Below, one piece after another: positions 1-10,658 of a stretch of DNA of 64,000 nucleotides. The stretch is from a virus. The notes beneath the pieces are model-generated. The model saw nothing but the letters and a program-made list of their open reading frames with translations, did no database searches and was not told where the DNA came from. Position 1 is the first letter of the stretch; each line of letters begins with the position of its first letter. A program made the translations under genes and the position numbers. The stretch spans positions 18,806 through 82,805 of IMG/VR virus record IMGVR_UViG_3300020370_000002. The stretch is one strand, 5' to 3'.

Positions 1-3000
1 CTGATTATGGTTCTAATACACAAGCTGATACAGAAAAATATGAGGGGGCAGGGTTTACTTTTAATCCTGGAGATGTTTTTCAGCCTGCACTTCCTGGCTT
101 GGGTGGAGTAGGGGTTTCTTCAGTGCCTATTAGTTTTCCTTCGGGCGCACTAGAAAAAAATAATGCAAAAGTTATAACAGCAAGCGGGTCACAAGCAGCT
201 CTAATAGATGAAGTAAAAATTCTAGTTACATACCCGAACGGCTTATATACTCAAGACGGTGGAAAGGATAAAAAATGGCCTTCAGGTGCAGCATACCATA
301 TTGAACTAGCTATAAATAGAGGGTCGGGTGATGTGTATGAAACCGTTAGAGGAAACGGTTCAAAAGGCGGTTTATCCTGTTTCACACATGGAGGAACTTA
401 TACTTCCGCTACAACTTTTGAATTTAGAATAAACTTAGAACAGTATCAACCTTTTCAAGCGTTCAAAATACGAATTACTAGAAAGACAATGCATGCTTTT
501 AATGATGGGCATGTTCAATGGCCTAGTCTTAATGAAGTGTTTGGAGGAAAACATAAAATTGTAGGAACTAGTCAAATTGCGGGAGTACAAGGATTAATCA
601 AAGAAAAATTAAATTATCCATACACCGCAATGGCAAATGTTTCTTTTAGCTCAAAATCTTTTCAATCCGTACCGTCCAGAACTTACGAGTGTCAAGGATT
701 AAAAATTAAAGTTCCCTCAAATTATGTGACTCGGCAAGAGAATGACGGTCTCAACGCACAGTATAACAGAAATGTAAGCACGGGTGCTCTTGTAGTAGAT
801 GGAAGTAACAATCCGCTGCCTCAATTTTGGGACGGCAATTTTAGAGATATAGATGTCTTTACAGATAATCCTGCTTGGATTTTTTATGATATACTTACGA
901 ATAATCGCTATGGTTTAGGAGAGTTTTTACGTTCTACTGATATTGATAAGTTTTCTCTATATAAAATTGCAAGATATTGTGATGAGCTAGTTCCCGATGG
1001 AAAAGGAGGGCAAGAACCTAGATTTACTGCAAACTTATATCTAACAAAAGCTACTGATGCTTTCAAAGTTATGAAAGATATAGCAACTATTTTTAGAGGT
1101 ATTCTTTACTGGTCTGATTCTAAATTTTTTGCAGTTATTGATGAGAAGAGAGAACCTATTTATACTTTTTCTAAGGCTAATGTTATTGATGGTCAGTTTA
1201 AATATGAGTCAACAGGAGACAAAACTCGAGCAAATCAAATAATTGTTACTTGGAATAACCCAGAGTCAGACTATAAGCTTGAACCTCTTCTAGTAGAAGA
1301 CAGAGAAAATCAAATAAAAACAGGAAAAATAGTTAGTAGTAAAGCTATGGCTTATGGTTGTACTTCCCAAGGCCAAGCAGTAAGATATGGTAGATGGAAA
1401 TTATGGACGGCTATAAATCAAACAGAAGTTTTATCCTTTGAAACCTCAATAAATGCAGGATTTCTTAGTCCGGGCGACATAGTAAATATTCATGATGAAG
1501 CAGATTTTAGGATGCCTTTTAGTGGTAGAATAAGAAGTTGTACTAATTCTGAGATTACCATAGATCGTTCTGTTGCATCAGATTTTGCAAACGGATTTAA
1601 TTATACTATTGCTGTGATAATTCCTAAAAGAACGATACTCTTGAACCAAGATAGAGCAGTTGTTAAAACATCGTCAGGAGATGTTACTCTAACAAGAGGA
1701 GACGAAGTTACAGAAGCACAAACAGAGAAAAGTGGAAGTGCGGTTACATTATTAAATGCTAGTCAAGATACCACCGATAAGAATATAGTAAGTGCGTTAG
1801 ATACTTCTGGAAACTCTATAGAATTGCAGTATGCAGAGTCTCAAATAGTTGAAGAAAGAACTTTAACAACAGGAAGTGCGACTACAAACGATGGAGTAGA
1901 TACAATTCCTATTTCTTCAGCTTTTTCTGAGACTCCTGCGGTGGGGGCCATTTGGGCAATAAAAGAAACCTCTACTTCTACGGCGGTAATAACAGAATCA
2001 TCCTATAAGCAATTCAAAATAATGACTATAGATGAAACTAGTAAAGGAAAGTATGGAATAGTAGCAGTTCAGTATGAGCCAGGAAAATTTGATGTTCTTG
2101 AAAATGATTTTACTTTAGATACTCCCGATCCTTTATATTCACCTGAAGGTGTTTCTGACGTACCTGCCCCCAAAAATATACGAATACTTAGAATGTCTTC
2201 GGCAGGAAAAGACGGAGAAGAGCTAGCTCTTGCTTGGGATCCCCCCGATCCTGTGGGTAGCTCTGGTGTATCTTCTAATTATGAACATTTATCCTATTTT
2301 GAAGTAACTCATAACTGTACTTCAAGTACTGGAAGACCTCCCACTTTTACTGTACCCGCAGAAAGAACTTCGGTAGGTTTTAATAATGTTCCTGACGGTC
2401 TATTTGCTGTTTTTCAAATTAGAACAGTCAGCGCTAAAGGAAGAAAATCAGAAGCAGCAGTAGCAAAAATACAAGTTGAAGATATATTTAGTGGCAACTT
2501 TCCTCGAACAGGCGGAATTATAAGAGGAGGATTTTCCTCAAATGATGTAATGATGATTGATTCTGGCTCTGAGAAAGGAACTGTAAAATTTACAAATACC
2601 TCTTTTGTGGCAGCGCCCTTCACAGATATAGAACTAGGAAAAAGAAATACAGAAGCAGATGCAAATACTTATTCTATATCTACAGCTCCTTTAGCAAACG
2701 CACAATGGCCTCAACAAAATTCTACGGGCGGTTCAGACTTGGGCTGGATATTCATGGATTTTAGTAAACTTGATGCTTCTAATCCAAACGCTGATGCACT
2801 TAAGCTAATACAATTAAAACAAGCGGGGGACTCAGAATATGGAGTAGAGTATTGGTATGATGGAACTAAATTTATAGCGGATTCGGATAGTATATGGACA
2901 GGTGTAGGAAATGTTGCAGTAACTCAAGGAGAGAGAAAAGTAACGGGTTCAGGATTTAACTCTAGCTTAAAAATACCTGATACTGTAAGAATTGGTACTT

Positions 3001-4976
3001 TTGGGGCAAAAGTTGCTTATGTAGAAAGCGATACCGTTGCATACCTAACACATGCGTATACAGGAAGTACAAGCGCAAGTATAGCTATGCATACACAGGA
3101 ACTTGATATAGATTATGATACAGATTTCTTAGTTTGTGCAGTTCACTACACCGCATCTGAGAATGATAGTGCAGGCCAGTCTGGAAAATATCGAATAAGT
3201 GGTAATGGTATGACTTTCTTAGAAATTACTCCAGACCTAAATGCAATAGGAAGATCTGTAGTTGTTAATTCTCCTGTCCCTTTCTTACAATACCAAGCAG
3301 ATAATACTCAAGTTACAACTTATGCTAATATTCAACTTACTATGGCTGCCGTTAATTTTGATGAGGCAGAGTTTAAAGTAACAGGTAGTGGTTTTAGTCA
3401 AGTAAACCAAAGTCAAGAAGGTGTTTTCACTACAGGTACAAATAATTCTCGTACAGTTACTGTCCATAACAGTAGTAGTGCTATAACTTACTCTGCAACT
3501 CCCATAGATTTTACAGTAACTGCAAGAGAAAAGTCTGATCCAGATAATACAAGCAAGCAAGTAACTTCTACTTTCTCTATAGGAAAAATAAGGGAGGGTA
3601 TACAAGGTAACTCGACAGCTCTGGTATATTTATATAAAAATAGTGAGGACGATCCTGGCTCAGTAGGAAACTCTTTTCCTACCGTTACAGTAGCACTCTC
3701 AGGTACGGGAGCAGGGACAATTACAGGAGTCTCTTCTGGCGTTATATCAGGGGCGGGACAAATTGGAAGCACGGGATGGTTTAAAACTCCACAAACTCCT
3801 AATACAAACGAAAAAATATGGGTAGTTGCAGCAACTGCAAACGGCTTAGGAACTACAGATACAATTCTTAATACTGAATGGACCTCTCCAGTACAATTCT
3901 CAGGAGCAGACGGAAACCCAGGACCTGGGGGTTTCAGTAGCGCAACAGTAGAAATATTTAAACTAAGCACTGTTGGCACTGGGTCAACAACTACACCAAA
4001 CCAAGCTTTAACTTATAAGTTTTCTGATGGAACTTTAAAAAATAGTTCAGGAGTTGCTCAGAATACTGCTGGCAATGTTACAGGTTTTAATGGCTGGAGA
4101 ACAGTTGCTCCAAATCCTGATAGCACTAATAAATATTTATATAAAAGAACTGCAGCAGCGATAGCAACAACTTTAGCTACTCCTGCTAATACTACCGCCA
4201 GTATAGCTACAAATGACTGGTCTGACGCTATTTTAATAGCTCAACTTGTAGAAGGAGGTCCAGGAGCTCCTGGTAAATTATCAATAACTGGTACTTTGTA
4301 CTATCAAACTGGAGTTGTGGCTGTGGGAGGAAGTTTTACTCCTCCTAGTGTCCCTAGTGGCAGTATAAATTTTAGATTTAGTGACAATAAGTTCCAAGAG
4401 GGAGGCTCCTTCTTAGACACTGTAGATGGTTGGGCACTTAAAACTCCAACTTTTGCACCTTTTAATGCTAGTGATGTTGCGCAAAAATGGTATGCTTGTA
4501 CTTTCTCAGCAGAAGAAAACGAATCTGAAGGAGACATAGCAAGTGGCAGTAATCTTACCTTTGTTAATGTTACAGAGGTACATTCGTTTGATGGTGTTGT
4601 TGCCTTTACAGATTTAGAAAATGCGGGAGGAAGTACAGTAATACAAGGAGAGTATATAAACACGGGACAAATCAAAAGAGGTAGCCCTGAAGCATCAGAG
4701 ATAGACGGTACTAATTTTGTAGGTAATGGTGAATTTGTTATTAACTTGTTAGATGGAACAATTAATACTCCTAAATTTAAAGTTAAAGGAAGTACGGGAG
4801 ACGCAGAGTTTAAGGGCTCCGTAAAAGGAGGCTCTTTTGAGGGTACAAACTCCTTGCTTACAAATGCAGGAGATAAAATTACGGTAGGAAATAATGTCAC
4901 CATAGACGGACAAAATCAACAGATTAAGATAACAGATGCATCTGGTAATACGCGCGTAGTATTAGGAAAATTATAG
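1..4976 (+). CDS. Central tail fibre / tail-tip J-like host specificity protein (5'-truncated)
   Basis: Frame is open from position 3. J-family motifs (TDNPAWIFYDILTNNRYGLG, YCDELVPDGKGGQEPRF, GCTSQGQAVRYGRW), FnIII-like segment, C-terminal DASGNTRVVLGKL. Confidence 0.9.
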   Translation, partial: DYGSNTQADTEKYEGAGFTFNPGDVFQPALPGLGGVGVSSVPISFPSGALEKNNAKVITASGSQAALIDEVKILVTYPNGLYTQDGGKDKKWPSGAAYHIELAINRGSGDVYETVRGNGSKGGLSCFTHGGTYTSATTFEFRINLEQYQPFQAFKIRITRKTMHAFNDGHVQWPSLNEVFGGKHKIVGTSQIAGVQGLIKEKLNYPYTAMANVSFSSKSFQSVPSRTYECQGLKIKVPSNYVTRQENDGLNAQYNRNVSTGALVVDGSNNPLPQFWDGNFRDIDVFTDNPAWIFYDILTNNRYGLGEFLRSTDIDKFSLYKIARYCDELVPDGKGGQEPRFTANLYLTKATDAFKVMKDIATIFRGILYWSDSKFFAVIDEKREPIYTFSKANVIDGQFKYESTGDKTRANQIIVTWNNPESDYKLEPLLVEDRENQIKTGKIVSSKAMAYGCTSQGQAVRYGRWKLWTAINQTEVLSFETSINAGFLSPGDIVNIHDEADFRMPFSGRIRSCTNSEITIDRSVASDFANGFNYTIAVIIPKRTILLNQDRAVVKTSSGDVTLTRGDEVTEAQTEKSGSAVTLLNASQDTTDKNIVSALDTSGNSIELQYAESQIVEERTLTTGSATTNDGVDTIPISSAFSETPAVGAIWAIKETSTSTAVITESSYKQFKIMTIDETSKGKYGIVAVQYEPGKFDVLENDFTLDTPDPLYSPEGVSDVPAPKNIRILRMSSAGKDGEELALAWDPPDPVGSSGVSSNYEHLSYFEVTHNCTSSTGRPPTFTVPAERTSVGFNNVPDGLFAVFQIRTVSAKGRKSEAAVAKIQVEDIFSGNFPRTGGIIRGGFSSNDVMMIDSGSEKGTVKFTNTSFVAAPFTDIELGKRNTEADANTYSISTAPLANAQWPQQNSTGGSDLGWIFMDFSKLDASNPNADALKLIQLKQAGDSEYGVEYWYDGTKFIADSDSIWTGVGNVAVTQGERKVTGSGFNSSLKIPDTVRIGTFGAKVAYVESDTVAYLTHAYTGSTSASIAMHTQELDIDYDTDFLVCAVHYTASENDSAGQSGKYRISGNGMTFLEITPDLNAIGRSVVVNSPVPFLQYQADNTQVTTYANIQLTMAAVNFDEAEFKVTGSGFSQVNQSQEGVFTTGTNNSRTVTVHNSSSAITYSATPIDFTVTAREKSDPDNTSKQVTSTFSIGKIREGIQGNSTALVYLYKNSEDDPGSVGNSFPTVTVALSGTGAGTITGVSSGVISGAGQIGSTGWFKTPQTPNTNEKIWVVAATANGLGTTDTILNTEWTSPVQFSGADGNPGPGGFSSATVEIFKLSTVGTGSTTTPNQALTYKFSDGTLKNSSGVAQNTAGNVTGFNGWRTVAPNPDSTNKYLYKRTAAAIATTLATPANTTASIATNDWSDAILIAQLVEGGPGAPGKLSITGTLYYQTGVVAVGGSFTPPSVPSGSINFRFSDNKFQEGGSFLDTVDGWALKTPTFAPFNASDVAQKWYACTFSAEENESEGDIASGSNLTFVNVTEVHSFDGVVAFTDLENAGGSTVIQGEYINTGQIKRGSPEASEIDGTNFVGNGEFVINLLDGTINTPKFKVKGSTGDAEFKGSVKGGSFEGTNSLLTNAGDKITVGNNVTIDGQNQQIKITDASGNTRVVLGKL

Positions 4977-4999
4977 CTCTTACCCTCAAAAAATAAACC

Positions 5000-5028
5000 T
5001 TGACTAAGGAGGTGGATTGTATTATAAT
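5000..5028 (+). promoter_or_regulatory. Sigma70-type promoter for the side-fibre cluster
   Basis: TTGACT-17-TATAAT with A-tract upstream. Confidence 0.8.
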
Positions 5029-5048
5029 TACACCATGGAGAAAAACTT

Positions 5049-5387
5049 ATGAGTGCAGGAACATATAACTTAGTAGTCGACCAAGGCTCTAGCTTTGCTC
5101 TTGACTTGGCAATTAAGCAAGCAGGATCAGCTTTAAACTTGACTAATTATACTGGTCGAGCACAGCTGCGTACGGCTCACTCTGCTTCTTCTGTTTCTGC
5201 TACTTTTACAGTTACTAAAACTAATGCAGCTCAAGGTACTTTAAAATTGGAGCTGTCAGCAACTCAAACTGCTAACTTACCTGCAGGACAATATGTATAT
5301 GATTTAGAAATTTTCACTTCAGGCGATGCTATTGTTAAAAGAATTTTGCAGGGAGACGTAACTATAACACCGGAAGTCACACGATGA
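5049..5387 (+). CDS. Tail collar / fibre attachment protein (T5 p132/LtfC- or BppU-like)
   Basis: GTYNLVVDQG...YVYDLEI...RILQGDVTITPEVT; follows the central fibre gene. Confidence 0.65.
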   Translation: MSAGTYNLVVDQGSSFALDLAIKQAGSALNLTNYTGRAQLRTAHSASSVSATFTVTKTNAAQGTLKLELSATQTANLPAGQYVYDLEIFTSGDAIVKRILQGDVTITPEVTR

Positions 5388-5794
5388 GTACTCAAACTAC
5401 CTTGGAGCTTACAGAAGAAGTTACAGAAGTTGCTGTAACTGGAGATACTATTAGTGTTACTATAACTGACGATATTACAGAAGTTCAAGCATATACATTA
5501 GCAATACCCATAGATACTCCGGGTCAGCTTGCTGCAGCAAACGTAACAGTAGTACCTTATAATACTATTACATCTAATACACTACAAAGTGCTTTAGAAG
5601 AGCTAGCGGATCAGAATTTTAGAGGCACAAGTACTCCTTCTTCGAATATACAAGAAGGGGATACGTGGTATGACACAGATGACGATCAATTTAAAGTCTA
5701 TAGAGAGACAAGTTCTGGGAACTTTGCATGGGTTCCTATAATGGTAGGAAACATCTCACCCGACTCAGACACAATAGACGCAGGATCCTACTAG
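5384..5794 (+). CDS. Virion structural protein (fibre adaptor)
   Basis: ATGA-coupled; EGDTWYDTD motif; C-terminal DAGSY. Confidence 0.55.
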   Translation: MSTQTTLELTEEVTEVAVTGDTISVTITDDITEVQAYTLAIPIDTPGQLAAANVTVVPYNTITSNTLQSALEELADQNFRGTSTPSSNIQEGDTWYDTDDDQFKVYRETSSGNFAWVPIMVGNISPDSDTIDAGSY

Positions 5795-5812
5795 GATATT
5801 TCGGAGTTTTAA

Positions 5813-6925
5813 ATGGCTCAAACAATGAAAATCAAAAGAAGTACCGGGACTGGCAAACCCACTTCGGTAGCACAGGGTGAGCTATTTTATGCGTACGGTA
5901 CAGGGGGTACTTACGGTAAACGACTCGCTATAGGCCATGTCAACGGCGGGGGCGATACTCCAGAGATTATCGGTGGTAAGTTCTTTACTGATTTACTCGA
6001 TGTTACAGCAGGAAATATAACTGCTAGTAAAGCCCTACTTCTAGATGCCAATTCTACTGTAGATGAATGGAAGATTAGAGCACAAGGACAGTTAAAACTT
6101 TTTGAAGCAACTGCAAATGGAAGCAATTATTTAGGTATAAAAGCTCCTGCAACAGTTAATAGTGATCTTACTTATACTCTTCCTGCAGAAGCAGTAAATG
6201 GTAGATTTTTACAAACAGACGGTTCGGGAGTTTTATCTTGGACTGCTGTTGCAACAACTATTCTTATAGGGGCAGATTCGGGTAGTAATGATACTGTAAA
6301 TCTTGGCGAAACTATTAACTTTACAGGAACAACCAATGAAATTGAAACCACGGTATCTAATAATGAAATAACAATAGGATTACCTGATAATGTTGTTATA
6401 GCGGGTAATCTAACAGTTAATGGTACAACTACTACTATTAATACAGCTACTCTTGATGTTGAAGACTCCTTAATTCAGTTAGCAAAAGCAAATACTTCTT
6501 CAGATAGTATAGATATTGGTCTTTATGGTATCTATGACACAGGAGGCACTGATAAATATTCAGGATTATTCAGAGATGCTTCTGATTCAGGAAAATGGAA
6601 ACTATTTAAAGACAATCAAGCCGCTCCTGCTGCAACAGTTAACCCTTCTGGAACAGGATATGCAGTAGCTACTCTTGTTGCCCACCTTGAAGACTCAAAT
6701 ATTACTGTTACAGGTGGATCAATTACAGGCATTACTGATCTTGCAGTAGCAGATGGAGGTACAGGACTTTCAGCAATTGCAAAAGGATCTATACTTGCAG
6801 CAAATTCAGCAAACGTACTCACAGCAGTAGATGGTGGAGGATCAACAGATAAAATGTTGTTATATACAGCATCTTCTGACACGATTTCATGGTCAAATAC
6901 TATAGACGGCGGAACTTATTCATAA
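5813..6925 (+). CDS. Tail fibre protein
   Basis: N-terminal KIKRSTG...GEL, LAVADGGTG, C-terminal IDGGTY typical of marine phage fibres. Confidence 0.7.
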   Translation: MAQTMKIKRSTGTGKPTSVAQGELFYAYGTGGTYGKRLAIGHVNGGGDTPEIIGGKFFTDLLDVTAGNITASKALLLDANSTVDEWKIRAQGQLKLFEATANGSNYLGIKAPATVNSDLTYTLPAEAVNGRFLQTDGSGVLSWTAVATTILIGADSGSNDTVNLGETINFTGTTNEIETTVSNNEITIGLPDNVVIAGNLTVNGTTTTINTATLDVEDSLIQLAKANTSSDSIDIGLYGIYDTGGTDKYSGLFRDASDSGKWKLFKDNQAAPAATVNPSGTGYAVATLVAHLEDSNITVTGGSITGITDLAVADGGTGLSAIAKGSILAANSANVLTAVDGGGSTDKMLLYTASSDTISWSNTIDGGTYS

Positions 6926-6937
6926 TAGGAGATAGCA

Positions 6938-8056
6938 ATGGCAATGGTAATTAAGCCAAAGCGGAAGTTTACTGCTGGTGCTCCTACAACGTCAGACATT
7001 GTAGAGGGTGAAATTGCAATTAACACCGCCGATAAGAAGTTATACGTTAGAGATAACTCTAATGCTATAATTGAAATCGGGGGTGCTGCTGGTACAACGG
7101 CAGAAATTACACAAAATAGTCATGGTTTTGTAGTTAAAGATGCTATCTATCATAATGGAAGTGCTTGGGCAAAGGCACAAGCAAACTCGGTAAATAGTTT
7201 AGCGCTTGGAATTGTTACTGAAAAAACTACTAATACATTTGTAGTTGCACAGTCGGGAAGGTTTACAATAAGCTCTCACAGTCTTATAGTTGGACAGTGG
7301 TACTACTTAAGCGCGTCTTCAGCAGGAGGGCTTGTTACTACAGAGCCAGTTATTTCTCAACCGATAGTGTATGTAGAAGATGCAAATACTATACAAATTT
7401 TTCAGTATCGTCCTACAAATTTACTGGTAAACGGTAGTTCAAGTATAATACCGGGCAATAACACAGTAACATCAGCAAAGATAGTAGATGGCACAATCGT
7501 AGCGGCAGATTTAGCAACAAATGCGATTACAACAGCAAAGATAACAGACTTAAATGTTACAACAGGCAAAATAGCGAATGATGCTATTACAGCTGCAAAA
7601 ATAGATAATGACGCAGTAGGAGCTGCAGCAATAGCTGATGACGCAGTAGGAGCTGACGCAATAGCTGATAACTCCGTAGATATTGCACGTTTAAATGTAA
7701 CTGATGGTTCGAATGGTCAGTTTTTAAAAACGAATGGTTCAGGTACTCTATCTTTCGCCTCAATAACTCCTGATAGTGGAAGACCCTACACAGACTGGGC
7801 AATAAAAACAGGCACGTATACGGCAGTTGACAAGGATCAACTTATAGCAAATAGCGGAAGTGCTTTTACTATTACACTTCCAGCAGGTTCGGCAGGAAAC
7901 ACAGTAATTATCTGTAATGCGGGAGCAGGAACTGTAACAATCGGAAGAAACGGGAGTCAAAAAATAAATAGTGCAGCAGAGGATGGTACTTTACCTCAGG
8001 GCAATAGCGTTCAACTTGTGTATGTAAGTGATCCTATTGGTTGGTTCGAGATTTAA
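6938..8056 (+). CDS. Tail fibre shaft/adaptor, module 1
   Basis: EGEIAINTADKKLY; (A/T)KIxxxA(V/I) repeats; C-terminal domain shared with 15371..15832. Confidence 0.75.
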   Translation: MAMVIKPKRKFTAGAPTTSDIVEGEIAINTADKKLYVRDNSNAIIEIGGAAGTTAEITQNSHGFVVKDAIYHNGSAWAKAQANSVNSLALGIVTEKTTNTFVVAQSGRFTISSHSLIVGQWYYLSASSAGGLVTTEPVISQPIVYVEDANTIQIFQYRPTNLLVNGSSSIIPGNNTVTSAKIVDGTIVAADLATNAITTAKITDLNVTTGKIANDAITAAKIDNDAVGAAAIADDAVGADAIADNSVDIARLNVTDGSNGQFLKTNGSGTLSFASITPDSGRPYTDWAIKTGTYTAVDKDQLIANSGSAFTITLPAGSAGNTVIICNAGAGTVTIGRNGSQKINSAAEDGTLPQGNSVQLVYVSDPIGWFEI

Positions 8057-8058
8057 TT

Positions 8059-9081
8059 ATGGCAGTATTAGGAGGAGCAGCAGCAGGGGGTGGTGGTCAA
8101 CTACCTACTATAAGTTTTATGACGTCTCAGGCCTGGACTCCTTCATATGACTTAACAGCTTATGTATATGTAATTGGTGGAGGAGGCGCTGGAGGCTCCA
8201 CTAATAATTCTGTAGGAGGCGCTTGTGGTGGAGGTGCAGGCGGATGCGCTGTAAGCAAGTTAGATCTTAAATCTGGTACAACTTATACGATTACAATCGG
8301 AGCAGGAGGAGCTGCTCAGTCTGCTTCAAACACTAATACAAATGGTAATAACGGAAACAATACCACTTTTGTGGATGGCTCTAGCGTTATATCCACAATG
8401 ACTGGAGGCTTAGGATATGGAGGAGTTACGAGACCCAGTAATGATAGTACACAGGCTGCTGGAGCTAATGGAGGAACTGCAAGTGGTGGTACTTTAGGTA
8501 ATTTTACAGGTGGAAAGGGCGCAGCAATAACAGCATCAGTAAATAGTGTGGCTTATATCATGGGTGGGGGAGGAGCTGTTGGACTTTGGGCAAATGGAAA
8601 TGATGCTCCTGATGCACTTAGCCATTATGGGTATACCGTACCAGGTGCTATGTTAAATGTAGAGAAAGGAGATCTTCCCGCAAATAAATATTATAATCGT
8701 ATGAACGAGGGAGGTGCAGACGATCACGAACTTAGTGGATACCCAACAATCGAAGCTTTTACGGGAATTCTTACTACGGAAGTTAGCTATGCCGACTACA
8801 TTTCGACGGCTGGCTCATATGCCGATTATGATCATACTTTTGAAAAAAGAACAGGAGCTCTGGATGCTAAAGGCCGAGGATTTACTCATAGCAGCAAAGT
8901 TTGGATGGGTATGTCTCCCCCTTTTCAAGGTGCTAATGGCTGGAGTGGTGCAAATGGTTATGGTCAAAGAGGTTGTGCAGGTTCTGGGGGAGGGGGCTCT
9001 TATGCTTACTCGAGCGCTACCTATGGTGGAGCAGGCGGAAACGGGCTTGTACTTATCTTTCCAATAAGTTTAGGAGCATAA
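8059..9081 (+). CDS. Glycine-rich receptor-binding fibre protein, module 1
   Basis: ATG at 8059; VIGGGGAGG / GAGG glycine-rich domain; followed by a chaperone gene. Confidence 0.65.
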   Translation: MAVLGGAAAGGGGQLPTISFMTSQAWTPSYDLTAYVYVIGGGGAGGSTNNSVGGACGGGAGGCAVSKLDLKSGTTYTITIGAGGAAQSASNTNTNGNNGNNTTFVDGSSVISTMTGGLGYGGVTRPSNDSTQAAGANGGTASGGTLGNFTGGKGAAITASVNSVAYIMGGGGAVGLWANGNDAPDALSHYGYTVPGAMLNVEKGDLPANKYYNRMNEGGADDHELSGYPTIEAFTGILTTEVSYADYISTAGSYADYDHTFEKRTGALDAKGRGFTHSSKVWMGMSPPFQGANGWSGANGYGQRGCAGSGGGGSYAYSSATYGGAGGNGLVLIFPISLGA

Positions 9082-9082
9082 T

Positions 9083-9397
9083 ATGCCAAACATTAAGATA
9101 ATAAAAGATGGAGTAAGTAATATTATAGTAGCTTCTATGTCTTTTGCGCAAAAAGCATACCCTACAAGTGCAGGATACTCCCATGAGAATCTTACACTAG
9201 AGCCGACAGAAGAAGAATTACTAAACGTTAGAAAAATTCATGCACGAGAGTGGAGAGATAATGAACTTTTAAAGACAGATTCTCTTTCGCTTCTTACAGA
9301 CCACCCAAAGAAAACAGAAATAGCTGCGTATCGAGTAAAATTAAGAGACTGGCCGAGTACATCAGACTTTCCTAATACTCGACCAGTAATGGAGTAA
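9083..9397 (+). CDS. Tail fibre assembly chaperone
   Basis: REWRDNELLKTD...YRVKLRDWP motif. Confidence 0.75.
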   Translation: MPNIKIIKDGVSNIIVASMSFAQKAYPTSAGYSHENLTLEPTEEELLNVRKIHAREWRDNELLKTDSLSLLTDHPKKTEIAAYRVKLRDWPSTSDFPNTRPVME

Positions 9398-9400
9398 CCT

Positions 9401-9730
9401 ATGTCATCATCGCCAGTAGCAGCAAGTATATCATCAATAACATTAAATGCAAGCACGAGTAATATTACAGAGTTTGTGTCTACCTCTAACCAGACTACCT
9501 ACTCAATTACTTATACTCCAAATGCAATACTTGTGTTTTTAAACGGAATACTACTAGATAATGGAGTGGATTATACAGCAACAAACGGTACTTCGATAGT
9601 TTTAACAAACGGAGCAGCAGCAGATGACGTTCTCACAGTAGATAAAGGAAACTATACTTTTACTGCTACATCAGTGGGGGCTCCCGCATCAGTAGACGAT
9701 GCCACAGCTCTGGCAATCGCATTGGGATAA
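9401..9730 (+). CDS. Virion structural protein (fibre adaptor)
   Basis: VFLNGILLD...DYTATNGT; C-terminal ATALAIALG. Confidence 0.6.
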   Translation: MSSSPVAASISSITLNASTSNITEFVSTSNQTTYSITYTPNAILVFLNGILLDNGVDYTATNGTSIVLTNGAAADDVLTVDKGNYTFTATSVGAPASVDDATALAIALG

Positions 9731-9733
9731 ATT

Positions 9734-10069
9734 ATGGCAAATACATTTAAAAACGCTTTTAAAGCAAATGTAAATCACTCAGGCTATGTTGATTTATATA
9801 CTGCTGGAAGCGGAGTAACTACGGTGGTTCTTGGTTTAGCACTTTGTAATAAAACAGCAAATGCTGTAGATGCTACTGTGCAGATACAAGATACAGCACC
9901 TTCAACTGCTAACTTTCAAGTTTTGGATACTGTAAGTATACCTCCAAGAACAACCCTTGAAGTGTTGGCGGGGCAGAAGTACATACTTGAAGCTACAGAT
10001 GTTTTACGAGTAAAATCGGGAACTGCATCCGCACTTGATGCAACACTCGGAATTATGGAGATAACCTAA
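9734..10069 (+). CDS. Virion structural protein
   Basis: MANTFK...LEATDVLRV...IMEIT family typical of marine phage fibre clusters. Confidence 0.6.
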   Translation: MANTFKNAFKANVNHSGYVDLYTAGSGVTTVVLGLALCNKTANAVDATVQIQDTAPSTANFQVLDTVSIPPRTTLEVLAGQKYILEATDVLRVKSGTASALDATLGIMEIT

Positions 10070-10350
10070 TGCCATTTATTGGAAGAACCCCTGACATAGG
10101 AGCAGTATCTGATAATAGTGTTACTTCGGCAAAGATTGTAAATGCTACTATTGTAGAAGCAGACTTAGCAGATGATGCAGTTACAGCCGCAAAAATAGCA
10201 AACAACGCAGTAGACATAGCAAGATTGAACGTATCTGATGGAACAAATGGACAGCTACTTAAAACAAACGGAAGTGGAACTTTATCTTTTACAGACCCTC
10301 CTTCTGGTGGAGCAAGCGCGGGTAAAGCCTTCTTTATGGGACAATTATAA
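10069..10350 (+). CDS. Short fibre shaft/adaptor, module 2
   Basis: MPFIG start; NSVTSAKIV...DIARLNVSDGTNGQLLKTNGSGTLSF, paralogous to 6938..8056. Confidence 0.65.
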   Translation: MPFIGRTPDIGAVSDNSVTSAKIVNATIVEADLADDAVTAAKIANNAVDIARLNVSDGTNGQLLKTNGSGTLSFTDPPSGGASAGKAFFMGQL

Positions 10351-10658
10351 TGGCAGTTAAAATATCAGGTGTAAACCTATCAGCAAATACAACAGCAAAC
10401 GTAGGACAGGCGGGTTCAAGTGGCGGTACATACACCGTCCATATTCTGAATCGAGGAACTACCTCTGCTCAAATACAACTAGGCGTGGGAGACTCTTCTG
10501 CGACTTTTGATACAAGTCAGAAGTTATTAGAATCCACACTAATAGGTATTAATGAAAGTATGAGTTTCTCTCCAGTTGTCTGTGGAGCATCGGATTATAT
10601 AATTGGCAGATCAACCGTGGCAAATGTGAACATGGTGATGATGGGGCATGACGAGTAA
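10350..10658 (+). CDS. Virion structural protein
   Basis: Coupled ORF in the fibre cluster; similar size and pattern to 9734..10069. Confidence 0.55.
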   Translation: MAVKISGVNLSANTTANVGQAGSSGGTYTVHILNRGTTSAQIQLGVGDSSATFDTSQKLLESTLIGINESMSFSPVVCGASDYIIGRSTVANVNMVMMGHDE